Below are positions 24,724-33,805 of a stretch of DNA of 43,983 bases, in pieces; positions within the stretch are counted from its first letter, which is position 1; each line of letters starts with the position of its first letter. The stretch spans positions 3,681-47,663 of the forward strand of contig LCPX01000011.1 in assembly GCA_001003855.1 (NCBI GenBank). Reading direction: 5' to 3'. The notes under the pieces are model-generated. The model was not told the origin of the DNA. It saw only the letters and a list, made by a program, of their open reading frames with translations, and ran no database searches. Source of the DNA: Candidatus Moranbacteria bacterium GW2011_GWE1_49_15. Its GTDB lineage: Bacteria; Patescibacteriota; Minisyncoccia; Moranbacterales; GWC2-37-73. A program made the translations under genes and the position numbers.

Positions 24724-27700
24724 TTACTCCGGGCGCAAAACCGCGCTTTCCACGGTAGCTTTCCTCTCGAATTTGTTCCACCCCACGATTTTTCCCATGA
24801 CCGCGGTAAAAAAAGCTTTGATGGCGACGTAGTACATGAGTTGGCGGTAATAGAACCTTTGCAGCGGCAACCAGAACAGCAAGGTCCACCTCTCCCTATG
24901 TTCCAGAAAAAACGGGATCATGCCTGTCAGAAAATCCATGGCCAAAAACAGCAGGTAATAAACGAGGATCTGTCCGAAAGACGCGGATGAAGAAAAGGAA
25001 AGCGGGTGGCTGTATTTCTGCCATCCCACCCAGAAAAAAGAAAGGATGATCGTCAGGTCCATGAAAGGCGAAATCAGCGGAAAAAACACTTGGAAAACGA
25101 ACACATTGGGCACGGCGAAATTCCCCAACCCTTTGTATTTGGCTTTGAACATGGTATCCCTGTGTTTCCAGGCCGTCTGTAGGGTACCGTACATCCAGCG
25201 GAATCTCTGCTTGATAAAGTCCCTCGTATTGTCGGGGGCTTCGGTCAGTCCTATCGCTTCGTCTTCGAATACGACCAGCTTCCCGCTCCTCAGAATGGAA
25301 AACGTCAGATCAGCGTCTTCCGCCAAAGTGTCATTCGAAAAACCTCCCGCCTCCAAAACGGCTTCCCTTCTCCAGGCGCCGACCGCTCCCGGAACCACGG
25401 TTATGCAATTCATCACTTCGAACGCCCTCTTCTCGATGTTTTGGCTAGTTATATATTCCAAGGCTTGCCATTTCGTAAGAATATTGATCCGGTTGCCGAC
25501 CTTGGAGTTGCCAGCCACAGCTCCGACTCTCATGTCGACGAAAGCCCGGACAAGTTTTTCCATGGTATCAGGCCTGAACAAGGTGTCCGCATCCAGCGTT
25601 ACCACAATTTCCGCTTCCGTCCTCGCTATCCCGAAATTGAGCGCGCTGGATTTTCCCCCGTTTCCCTTGAAACAGATGTCCACTTTGGGGTTGTTCCCGA
25701 ACTTCGCGGACACCCTATCGAAAGTGGAGTCCGTAGAACCGTCGTCCACCACTATGACATTGAAGTCGGAATAAGTGGAATCCAATATGGCCTCGACTGT
25801 CTTGACTATGACTCTTTCCTCATTGAAGGCCGGCACGATGACGCTGACGGACGGAGCGTACGATCCGGAATTTTTCTTATAAGGGGCGTTTTTGGAACGG
25901 ATGCGTTGGGCGACGGCCAATATGGATAGATAGAAGAATCTCAGTGATCCCAAAAATATCCCGACCATGAACATGGTGCGCATGAAGCCGCTGAAATATG
26001 AAATCATCAGGAACGCGGCGTTGTTTATCTTTCCCAAAAGCCGTTCTTTGAACGACATCATCGGCATAACCCCGTCCCTGCCTATTCCCATCAGATCAGA
26101 AACCGTCACCAACTGATAACCCTCCTCCTTCAATTTTTCGATTATATAAGGCAAAGCTTCGACGGTCTGAGACCTGTCACCGCCGCTGTCGTGCAAAAGC
26201 ACGATATTTCCTTTGCCAGCCCGGATATCTTCGACCGTCTTGCCGACTATATTTTCCCATCCTGGCCTGCTCCAGTCCTTCGGGTCGATATGCATGCCGA
26301 TCGTGTAATAACCAAGACTGTTGGCGGAAATCAAAGGGCTGACTTGGTCAGGTGTCGCCGGTTCCACATCTTCCGCATAAGGGGGACGGAAAAGCAACGA
26401 CCTTCTCCCCAAAACGCTTTCTATAAGCCTCTGTGAAGCGTCGAGCTCGAGCTTGAACTGCCTTTGCGTAATGGCGGAAACGTCCGGATGCGTGTAAGTA
26501 TGGACCCCTATCTCATTGCCTTCCCTGTAAATCCTTTTCAAAATATCCGTATTTATATTGGCATTCACCCCTACCACGAAAAAAGTCGCCGGCACGTCAT
26601 ATCGCTTGAGTATATCGAGGATTTTCGGAGTATATGCGCGGTCAGGACCGTCGTCGAAAGTGAGAGCGACCTTTTTGCCGTCCTCTCCCCCCCATCTGGT
26701 TATCACATAGGAAGAGGGATAGGTCAGGACCGATTCCTTGGTGATGAGACCGGATTGGGCGTTATAAGTGATCTTGCGGAGACCGTCATGGGGGGAGGTT
26801 TCCGCTTTCAATATCTCGCCTTCCCCTTCATAGACCAAATCGAAACCGTATCTCATCACGTCCAATTTCCTCACCGTCGAAAGGTCCAGTTTCTCTCTGT
26901 CGGCGAACACGTTCCAAACGCTCGGGTCCTCCGAACCTATCCTCCAAAGCGCAAAGCCATGGGGGTTTCCAAATTGCCTGCCGATCACCATCTCATTATA
27001 AACCGTCGTCGCGTCGAGATACCAAACTTTGTGAAGTTTGTTTTTCTCGTCGTAATAATCGAAGGTGGGATTGAGAGATTGGGATTCCAAGCCGATCTGG
27101 GCTTCCGATTCCCGAGCTATCCTGATCGCGTCCTGGAAACTCAAGGTGTTCGAAATGGCCTCCCCTTCCGTCCAATCATAACCGTAACCTCCGAGAGCCA
27201 CGATGAATTTGTTCGGCGGGACTTGGGAAAACACCCGCGCCAACGCGGTGGAATACCAGGATCTCGAAGAAACCGGCCCCGGCGTTCCGCCGGCATAATG
27301 CTCGTCATACGCCATAAGGACCAAAAAATCGGTCACCGTAGAAAGCTTGCCGATGTCGAAAGAGTCGTCGTCCAGCGGGATGTCTTGCGTGACGACCAAT
27401 CCCTCGGGATGGAACTTCGCATAGAGCTCCTGCATGAAAAGAAAAAGTTCATCCTGGTTGGCATCGGGCACCCCTTCGAAATCGATGTTTATTCCGGCGA
27501 ATTTGTTCGACTTCACGAAGCCGTGGAGACCCTCTACCGCTTTTTTCCTCGCACTCTCTTCGGAAAGCATGCCCACGAGACGATCAGTGTCCCATCGCTG
27601 GGTAATTTCGTTGAAATTGTTTATAAGCGGCACTACGCGCAAGTCGCCCCTGTTTTGCCTTATGAATTCAAGCGTTTCGTCCTGGCGTCGCTGGTTATCA

Positions 27701-28149
27701 ATGAGCAAATCCCCGCCCGCTTCCCCCAGGTGCAACCATTCCGGCATAAGTTCGTCTATTTTCCAGATATTGTTTTTAAGGGACGTGAAACTGTTGTCGT
27801 CCCAGTTGACATAAAAAGCGATCACCTTGGGACGCACCGTCGCGGCTTGGTTTTTTTCAGCCTCAAGCCTGATCTCTTCCGCGGATTTCAAAACCGTTCC
27901 GTCAGGAAGTTGCCGGATGGCAGCCGCAGGAAAACCTTCGGCTTTGACGGCGTTGGAAGCCGCCCGATATTGAAGCTGGGGGTCCTTCAATTCAAGCTTC
28001 GGAAGGAGCGGCGATTTGACGACGCTGACTATCATGACGAAAAATATGACGAAAAGAAACGCCCCCGCCGAAACCAGCGTCCTGCGGCTATAGCGGGACC
28101 TTCTGTTTTTTTTGTCATAAAATATCTGGTTGATGTTCAGCGCGGCCAT
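24724..28149 (-). CDS. Tri-domain polysaccharide synthase: GH18-like, CE4 (NodB) deacetylase and processive GT2
   Basis: The GH18-like motif is GINIDFEG. The CE4 motifs are VALTFDDGPD and HTYTHPD. The GT2 motifs are VSVIVPAFNEE, VVDDGSTDST, TLDADT and QRFRW, plus C-terminal TM helices. I set the start at 28149 (MAALNINQIFYDKK...), because the longer track ORF (to 28566) runs through a terminator and into the upstream gene. Confidence 0.88.
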   Translation of the reverse strand: MAALNINQIFYDKKNRRSRYSRRTLVSAGAFLFVIFFVMIVSVVKSPLLPKLELKDPQLQYRAASNAVKAEGFPAAAIRQLPDGTVLKSAEEIRLEAEKNQAATVRPKVIAFYVNWDDNSFTSLKNNIWKIDELMPEWLHLGEAGGDLLIDNQRRQDETLEFIRQNRGDLRVVPLINNFNEITQRWDTDRLVGMLSEESARKKAVEGLHGFVKSNKFAGINIDFEGVPDANQDELFLFMQELYAKFHPEGLVVTQDIPLDDDSFDIGKLSTVTDFLVLMAYDEHYAGGTPGPVSSRSWYSTALARVFSQVPPNKFIVALGGYGYDWTEGEAISNTLSFQDAIRIARESEAQIGLESQSLNPTFDYYDEKNKLHKVWYLDATTVYNEMVIGRQFGNPHGFALWRIGSEDPSVWNVFADREKLDLSTVRKLDVMRYGFDLVYEGEGEILKAETSPHDGLRKITYNAQSGLITKESVLTYPSSYVITRWGGEDGKKVALTFDDGPDRAYTPKILDILKRYDVPATFFVVGVNANINTDILKRIYREGNEIGVHTYTHPDVSAITQRQFKLELDASQRLIESVLGRRSLLFRPPYAEDVEPATPDQVSPLISANSLGYYTIGMHIDPKDWSRPGWENIVGKTVEDIRAGKGNIVLLHDSGGDRSQTVEALPYIIEKLKEEGYQLVTVSDLMGIGRDGVMPMMSFKERLLGKINNAAFLMISYFSGFMRTMFMVGIFLGSLRFFYLSILAVAQRIRSKNAPYKKNSGSYAPSVSVIVPAFNEERVIVKTVEAILDSTYSDFNVIVVDDGSTDSTFDRVSAKFGNNPKVDICFKGNGGKSSALNFGIARTEAEIVVTLDADTLFRPDTMEKLVRAFVDMRVGAVAGNSKVGNRINILTKWQALEYITSQNIEKRAFEVMNCITVVPGAVGAWRREAVLEAGGFSNDTLAEDADLTFSILRSGKLVVFEDEAIGLTEAPDNTRDFIKQRFRWMYGTLQTAWKHRDTMFKAKYKGLGNFAVPNVFVFQVFFPLISPFMDLTIILSFFWVGWQKYSHPLSFSSSASFGQILVYYLLFLAMDFLTGMIPFFLEHRERWTLLFWLPLQRFYYRQLMYYVAIKAFFTAVMGKIVGWNKFERKATVESAVLRPE

Positions 28150-28235
28150 ATATGTCGTATATAAAAATGATCGATCGAAAGGGCTTTCGTGCATCCAATG
28201 CTTAATACAAAACATTTTTCGAATTTGTTCGACAA

Positions 28236-28274
28236 CGAAAAACGCGCCTCCGCCGGTTGGCGGACGAGGCGCGC
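28236..28274 (-). terminator. Rho-independent terminator of 28293..29156
   Basis: gcgcgcctccgcc / ggtt / ggcggacgaggcgcgc, with tttttcg on the minus strand. Confidence 0.75.
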
Positions 28275-28292
28275 TTTGAATCCTGGTTTTTC

Positions 28293-29156
28293 CTATCTCC
28301 AATATATCTGGCTCCTGGTGACTATCTTTTTCCAAGGTCCGTCGGGAATATCTTTTTCCGAAACGAATCTCCAGTCGACCTTGTCTATGTCGGAAAGCCC
28401 GAGATAATCCTTGACCGCCGGGGACACATCCAGCCCGGCACTCTTGTTTGTTTTGCTCTTGGGGGCGTCTTTGCCGAAAACATAATTCTTGTCGTCCTCC
28501 TTGAAAGGTCCGACGTCCTGCCATTGGGCATAGGAGGTTTTCCCCCCTTTGATGATTTCTATCCATTGGTTTTTCAAAACGGACTCGTCATCCTTCCATT
28601 TCTTTCCCTTGGCCCAAGTCGCCAATTCGAAAACATCCTTCTTCCTTTTGCCGTCCTCGTCGAAATCGTTGTATGGAAGGGCGAAATAGAAAGGGTTCTC
28701 CTTGGGCGTGAATTTCGCCGGAAAATATCCTTTTCTCTTTTCGGGATCATCCACGCCGCCGAAATGCTTCACCCAATCCTCATCCCAAGCGCTTGGCAGA
28801 TTGGAAATGTTTTTGTTGTCCTTCCCTGCCTCCTCACCCGCCCAGAAAACGGTGGCTGTTATGTTTTTGTGGAGCGGATAGCTGCTTTTCGGGTTTATTT
28901 CAACAAGAGCGACTTCCGGCGGATTTTGCTCCTTCGAAGTTTCTTGCGAAACGTTTTCCTCGGACCCGACGGTTTCCAGGGCTATTTCCGCGATTTTTTC
29001 CAGACCATCCGTCGGTTCCTTTTTGGCTACCGCTTCGCTTATCGCAGGATCAGCCACCGCATTATCATTTTTGACTTTGTCGATATAACCCTTGGCCAAG
29101 CCTACGAAAACGACGACTGAAACCAGGGGCAAAAGATATATATAACCTTTTCTCAT
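28293..29156 (-). CDS. Secreted conserved hypothetical protein, paralog A (possible DPBB/RlpA-like fold)
   Basis: 287 aa with an N-terminal signal/TM segment. It is roughly 55-60% identical by eye over about 185 aa to 39907..40671 (ATVFWxGEE, SAWDxDWV, FYFALPYNDF, AGLDVSPAV, DGPWKKI). Confidence 0.8.
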   Translation of the reverse strand: MRKGYIYLLPLVSVVVFVGLAKGYIDKVKNDNAVADPAISEAVAKKEPTDGLEKIAEIALETVGSEENVSQETSKEQNPPEVALVEINPKSSYPLHKNITATVFWAGEEAGKDNKNISNLPSAWDEDWVKHFGGVDDPEKRKGYFPAKFTPKENPFYFALPYNDFDEDGKRKKDVFELATWAKGKKWKDDESVLKNQWIEIIKGGKTSYAQWQDVGPFKEDDKNYVFGKDAPKSKTNKSAGLDVSPAVKDYLGLSDIDKVDWRFVSEKDIPDGPWKKIVTRSQIYWR

Positions 29157-29285
29157 GTTTTGTTTTTAATATTTTTTCTGTCTTCCGCTTCTTTCCGGCA
29201 TCGGAAAGCTAGCATCAAAAGCAAAAAACGTCAATGGAATCGACGCTTTTTGGCTGACTGAAAGCTTTTGTTTTTATGAAAAAAT

Positions 29286-29777
29286 TTATTCCAATTCGGC
29301 GACACCGAACGGAACGGAAAACGCGCGGCACCAAACCCACACCTCGTCAAAATCGGCAGGGTCTATATCCGAAGTTATTTCATAATTCTGACTCCCCTCG
29401 TTTCCCTTGAGCGCTCCCAGTTGCGCGCTTGCGGAATATTCCCCGTCCTTTCCGAAATGCACGAAAAGATCAGGACCGTTCGTAACTTTGAAATCACTTT
29501 CAAACCTGACGTATTTCTTGCCATCCGTTTCTATGATCCTTGCTGTCCCGCTGGCGCTGTGCCCGGCTTTTCCCATAAAGGTTCCCTGCGACACCACGCT
29601 GACAGGGATTTCTTGCTGCACCTCACTGATTCCTTCCTGAGATGCGTTTTCACCAGCATCGGGGTTTTCCATAGGAACCTCCTCGTTGACGGTTCTGGTT
29701 ATGAACAGGGGCGACACCAACCAATAAGTCACCCCCAAGACCGCGACTCCTGCGATTACCAGAGATATTTTTTTCAT
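29286..29777 (-). CDS. DM13 domain protein with an N-terminal anchor
   Basis: 163 aa with HSASGTARIIETDGKKYVRFESDFKVTNGPDLFV...VWVWCRAFSVPFGVAEL, which matches the DM13 pattern. Confidence 0.8.
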   Translation of the reverse strand: MKKISLVIAGVAVLGVTYWLVSPLFITRTVNEEVPMENPDAGENASQEGISEVQQEIPVSVVSQGTFMGKAGHSASGTARIIETDGKKYVRFESDFKVTNGPDLFVHFGKDGEYSASAQLGALKGNEGSQNYEITSDIDPADFDEVWVWCRAFSVPFGVAELE

Positions 29778-29857
29778 AAATTTTCCAATCCCTTGTTAAC
29801 TCTTCTTATTACATCGATTATACGTCTTTATTTGCGTATGTCATAATGTCAAAACAT

Positions 29858-29878
29858 GGACTTGCGCTTTTGATCGCG
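29858..29878. repeat. Partial third copy of the MITE-like element arm
   Basis: ggacttgcgcttttgatcgcg matches the 5' arm of 42589-42705 and the reverse complement of 3122-3214 at about 19 of 21 positions. I found no matching second arm. Confidence 0.45.
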
Positions 29879-29943
29879 ATGGGAAGGATTCTTCGTCCGA
29901 TTGCGTACTAACAAACAGCGCTAATTTTTATCGCAATTTAATT

Positions 29944-30972
29944 ATGACCAAAAAAATAACCTACTCGCTGCTCGTTTGCATAATATCACTGGGAGCTTTT
30001 TTCTCAGCTTATTGCATATTGGACAGAAAAGATGCTCCCTTATCGGAACAACCGACAGTGATAGAGAACGAAACGGAAAAAGAAGCCGCCAAAAAGCCCC
30101 GCCCGGATTCCATCCCGGCAATGGCTGAAATGGATTTCGAGGGAGATACCCTTCAACTAGGAAGGGTCTTGGACGACAACGGTTCGTACACCCGCCATTT
30201 TGTAACCTACCGGAGCGAAGGATTGGTCATTTCGGGAATAATGAACATCCCTAAGGGACAAGGGCCTTTCCCTGTCGTCTTTTTGAACCATGGGTACGTC
30301 GCGCCCGAAGATTATTCCAACGGACAGTATTTCCGCAGGGAACAAGATTTCTTCGCCCGAAACGGATATGCCGTCTTTCAAAGCGATTACCGGGGATACG
30401 GCTCTTCCGATCCCGATCCGGATGAAGACATCCGCCCCAGAAGCGGCTACGTCGAAGACGTCCTCAACGCGATCAGCGCGGTTAAAAAAGCTGGTCTGCC
30501 CTCGGTGGACACTGAGAACGTCTTCATGTTGGGACACTCCATGGGAGGAGGAGTCACGCTCAACATCATGGTCACCAAGCCGGAAATCGCCCAAGCTTAC
30601 GCCCTTCTGGCCCCCATCAACGCCGACTACAGAGTGAATTTCGAAAAATGGGTGAAGACCGACAACGACTTCGACGGCATCGCGGAAAAGTTCTACGCAA
30701 GATACGGAACATACGAAGAGGCTCCGGAAACCTGGGAAAGCTTTTCAGCCAAGAATTATTTCGACCGCATAACCTCTCCGGTCATGCTGCACCAAGGGAC
30801 GCTAGACAGGGACGTGCCGGTCGAATGGTCGCGCGGACTCATGAGCGACTTGGAAAAAGCCGGCAAGGATATAACTTATCATGAATACCCCGGCGAAGGA
30901 CACACGCTGTATGCCGCCCAGGACATGTTCATGCGAAGAACTCTGGATTTCTTCAATGGAAATCTCAAGTAA
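29944..30972 (+). CDS. Alpha/beta hydrolase (S9 prolyl-oligopeptidase / dienelactone-hydrolase-like), membrane-anchored
   Basis: 342 aa with an N-terminal TM helix, the nucleophile elbow GHSMGG, and a C-terminal GEGH. Confidence 0.85.
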   Translation: MTKKITYSLLVCIISLGAFFSAYCILDRKDAPLSEQPTVIENETEKEAAKKPRPDSIPAMAEMDFEGDTLQLGRVLDDNGSYTRHFVTYRSEGLVISGIMNIPKGQGPFPVVFLNHGYVAPEDYSNGQYFRREQDFFARNGYAVFQSDYRGYGSSDPDPDEDIRPRSGYVEDVLNAISAVKKAGLPSVDTENVFMLGHSMGGGVTLNIMVTKPEIAQAYALLAPINADYRVNFEKWVKTDNDFDGIAEKFYARYGTYEEAPETWESFSAKNYFDRITSPVMLHQGTLDRDVPVEWSRGLMSDLEKAGKDITYHEYPGEGHTLYAAQDMFMRRTLDFFNGNLK

Positions 30973-31037
30973 GATATTGACAATTCGTCTTCTTCCGGCT
31001 ATCCTATACCGATTGCGCTAAACAACCGGAACGACAT

Positions 31038-31424
31038 ATGGGTAAACGAAAATTCAAAGTCAAAAGATCCTTGGCAGGACTGGGCCTGTTCGCGGCGGAA
31101 AACGTCTCCGAGGGGGATTTCGTCATCGAATATACCGGCGAGAAGATCACCCACGCCCAAGCGAACGAACGGAGAGGAAAATACCTCTTCACCCTGAATT
31201 CGCGCTATGTGATAGACGGCCGGGGCAGGAAAAACCTGGCAAGGTACATCAACCATTCCTGCGAACCGAACTGCGAAGTCATCATCGAAGGAAGCGAGAT
31301 TAACGTCTATGCCGTTCGAAGCGTCAAACCAGGCGAGGAACTGACTTATGACTACGGCCAGGAATACTTCAAAGAATATATCGAGCCTCGCGGCTGCAGA
31401 TGCGCGCATTGCGCGAAAAAATAG
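31038..31424 (+). CDS. SET-domain protein (putative lysine methyltransferase)
   Basis: 128 aa with YINHSCEPNC, ELTYDYG and a post-SET-like CRCAHC. Confidence 0.88.
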   Translation: MGKRKFKVKRSLAGLGLFAAENVSEGDFVIEYTGEKITHAQANERRGKYLFTLNSRYVIDGRGRKNLARYINHSCEPNCEVIIEGSEINVYAVRSVKPGEELTYDYGQEYFKEYIEPRGCRCAHCAKK

Positions 31425-31431
31425 AGAACGA

Positions 31432-31458
31432 AAAAACTCCCCGTTGCGGGGAGTTTTT
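31432..31458. terminator. Bidirectional terminator between SET (+) and cupin (-)
   Basis: aaaactcccc / gttgc / ggggagtttt. Confidence 0.8.
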
Positions 31459-31470
31459 GATGCTTCAAAA

Positions 31471-31869
31471 TTATTCCGTCGTCACTCCGTCGAAATCGGC
31501 CTCGTTCTCCTCAGCTTCTTTTTTCGTCGCGCGCACTATTCCGTCTTTATGGTGGGCCGGCGAATAGATCGTATACATCTTAAGAGGCTCGCTGTCGGAA
31601 ACGTTGATGATGTTATGCTCAGCTCCGGCCGGAACCACCACCGCCACACCGTCGGAAAGTTCATATTCGTTTCCGTCAATCACGCATTTCCCTTGCCCGC
31701 TCTCGAAGCGGAAAAACTGGTCGTTCTCAGGATGGACTTCCATGCCGATGTCTTCCCCCGGAGCGAGACTCATCAGAACCAGCTGACTGTTTTTGCCGGT
31801 ATAAAGGACCTTTCGGAAATTGCCGTTTTCCAACGTGTCCTTTTCAATGTTTGAGCGGAATCCTTTCAT
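31471..31869 (-). CDS. Cupin-domain protein
   Basis: 132 aa with cupin motifs GMEVHPENDQFF and VVVPAGAEHNIIN. Confidence 0.85.
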   Translation of the reverse strand: MKGFRSNIEKDTLENGNFRKVLYTGKNSQLVLMSLAPGEDIGMEVHPENDQFFRFESGQGKCVIDGNEYELSDGVAVVVPAGAEHNIINVSDSEPLKMYTIYSPAHHKDGIVRATKKEAEENEADFDGVTTE

Positions 31870-31914
31870 GTTTTTTATTAAAAATAATTATTAACGCGCA
31901 CGGAAACTATTACT

Positions 31915-31923
31915 ATTATACCA
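31915..31923 (-). promoter_or_regulatory. Extended -10 element (TGGTATAAT)
   Basis: The plus strand reads attatacca, about 45 nt upstream of the ATG at 31869. Confidence 0.4.
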
Positions 31924-31929
31924 CGATGA

Positions 31930-32655
31930 TTATTCCCTTTCCTGTCCGCAAAAATACAGACAAGGATCGATCCAGCCGGAAAGCTGGGCTTCGTTTTGCG
32001 CGTATCCCAAAATATTGATATCGCTTCCCTTGCGGATGCCCAAGTGCAAATGCTTCCTTTCCCCGTCCGTTTCCACACTGTAACCGTTGCCCAAAACCCC
32101 GATTTCCTCGCCTACGCCGATTTCATCGCCGATATTTTTGGAAATGCTCGACAATTTCAAATGCCCATAAACCACGGTAACGGCCTGGTTTCCTATCTCG
32201 CACTCCTGCACAGCCAGTCCGCCGTATCCGCTGGCGGTCCTTTTCGAAAGGAGTTTTCCGGAACAGATCGCCTTCACCGGGACTTTTACTTCCGCCTCCA
32301 GCTCCTCGGGGAAAACCTCCAGGTCTATCGCCGTGTGGTATCCGGAAAACCTCTCGGGGCTGACCGGGGAATTTTGCGGGGTGACGAATTTGCCGAACGG
32401 CTTTTTGGAAACCCTTTCCGCCACCCTATCTAAAGGAGGACGCAATTCGTCTTCGAAGTTTTCCTCTGGAACAAACGCCGCCATGCCGTCGCTCTCCAGA
32501 TAAGGTTGTCGGATTTCTTCCGTTTCCGCGCCGTTTTTCCAAGCACCTCCATCTTCCTTTTTCCAGAAGCCAACGTCAGGATAATAAAAAGAGAGGGCGA
32601 AAAAAACAGCCAAAAGCAATGAGATCGCCAATGATATTTTGAAAAATTTTTCCAT
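31930..32655 (-). CDS. M23 (LytM) family metallopeptidase
   Basis: 241 aa with an N-terminal TM helix, HTAIDL, and GHL...HLHLGI. Confidence 0.88.
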   Translation of the reverse strand: MEKFFKISLAISLLLAVFFALSFYYPDVGFWKKEDGGAWKNGAETEEIRQPYLESDGMAAFVPEENFEDELRPPLDRVAERVSKKPFGKFVTPQNSPVSPERFSGYHTAIDLEVFPEELEAEVKVPVKAICSGKLLSKRTASGYGGLAVQECEIGNQAVTVVYGHLKLSSISKNIGDEIGVGEEIGVLGNGYSVETDGERKHLHLGIRKGSDINILGYAQNEAQLSGWIDPCLYFCGQERE

Positions 32656-32658
32656 ACC

Positions 32659-33219
32659 TTATTTATAAAGCTTTTCGAATTTTTTCTTAAACTTGGAAAG
32701 TTTCGGCGCCACGACCAGCTGGCAATACGCTTTATCAGGGTTTTTCTCGAAATATCTCTGATGATATTCCTCCGCCGGATAAAATTTATCCAAGGGGACG
32801 AGCTCCGTCACGATCGGGTTTTCATAAACCTTCTGGTCAGTGAATTCGTTCCTGACCAATTCCGCCGTGTTCCTTTGTTGCTCGTCCGCATAAAGTATTA
32901 TGGATCGATATTGCGTCCCCACGTCGCTTCCTTGGCGATTAAGCGTGGTCGGATCGTGGACGGAAAAGAAAACGTGCAGGATATCCTCATAGGAAATCTC
33001 CTGCGGATCGAATCCGATTTTGATGACTTCGGCGTGGCCGGTCTCCCCGGCGGAAACTTCTTCATAGGTCGGGTTTTCTCCGCCAGTCGGCGGATGCCCG
33101 CCGGCGTAACCCGAAACCACGGATTCCACCCCCCTGACATGCAAATACACCGCTTCCAAGCACCAGAAGCATCCTCCTCCGAGAACCGCGGTTTCCAATT
33201 TTTTATTTTCCTTTTTCAT
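32659..33219 (-). CDS. msrA: Peptide-methionine (S)-S-oxide reductase MsrA
   Basis: It carries the GGGCFWCLEAVY catalytic motif and overlaps msrB by 17 nt. Confidence 0.95.
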   Translation of the reverse strand: MKKENKKLETAVLGGGCFWCLEAVYLHVRGVESVVSGYAGGHPPTGGENPTYEEVSAGETGHAEVIKIGFDPQEISYEDILHVFFSVHDPTTLNRQGSDVGTQYRSIILYADEQQRNTAELVRNEFTDQKVYENPIVTELVPLDKFYPAEEYHQRYFEKNPDKAYCQLVVAPKLSKFKKKFEKLYK

Positions 33220-33607
33220 TTGGATTGAATTTTAAAGAGACTGAATTTATACAATACCTCTTGTTGGTAGGAGGAGGTCCGTCGTCGAAGACGTGTCCCA
33301 AATGCGATTCGCAACGCGCGCAGACGACTTCCGTGCGGAACACCCCGAAAGAATAATCCGGACGCTCTTCGACATGTTCGGGATCGATCGGGGCGAAATA
33401 ACTGGGCCAACCCGTGCCGGATTCGAATTTCTCCCCGCTTTCAAAAAGCGTCAAATCGCACGCCGCGCAACGGTAGACGCCTTCGCCATGACCCTTCCAA
33501 GCGCACGAATGCGCCGGCTCGGTACCTTTTTCCCTCATCACCTCATATTGTTCGGCAGTTAGAATCCTTTTCCATTCCTGTTCGCTTTTTTTTATTTTCT
33601 CAATCAT
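33203..33607 (-). CDS. msrB: Peptide-methionine (R)-S-oxide reductase MsrB
   Basis: It has two CxxC pairs (CAAC, CARC), GHVFDDGP and the RYCINS catalytic Cys. Confidence 0.95.
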   Translation of the reverse strand: MIEKIKKSEQEWKRILTAEQYEVMREKGTEPAHSCAWKGHGEGVYRCAACDLTLFESGEKFESGTGWPSYFAPIDPEHVEERPDYSFGVFRTEVVCARCESHLGHVFDDGPPPTNKRYCINSVSLKFNPNEKGK

Positions 33608-33805
33608 AAATTTAAAATCGTTTAAAAATATAAGACCGTCTTCCTTCCTTTTTATAATACATGCCCTGCGGTCCGTTCTTACAAAAAACCTTGCAAATTC
33701 CGGGAAATATTAGAAAAAGACGGCTGTATTATTACATGTTAAGAAACTTTGCGGGCTGTCTGCGGAAAATAAAAAATCCGCAGGAAACCGGTTAACAACA
33801 AACAT

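Noticed and set aside
26464-28164. 566-aa plus-strand ORF inside the GH18-CE4-GT2 gene.
   Set aside because: It is antisense to a frame carrying three sets of catalytic motifs. It has a TTG start without a Shine-Dalgarno and an Arg-rich composition.
28150-28566. N-terminal extension of the synthase ORF (the track gives 24724..28566).
   Set aside because: The extension crosses the terminator hairpin at 28236-28274 and overlaps the 3' end of 28293..29156. The first family-like sequence and the TM helix begin at the ATG at 28149.
28257-29120. 287-aa plus-strand ORF that resembles another plus-strand ORF at 39865..40614.
   Set aside because: The similarity is a mirror effect of the paralogous minus-strand genes. 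The minus frames carry signal peptides and conserved blocks and are followed by terminators.
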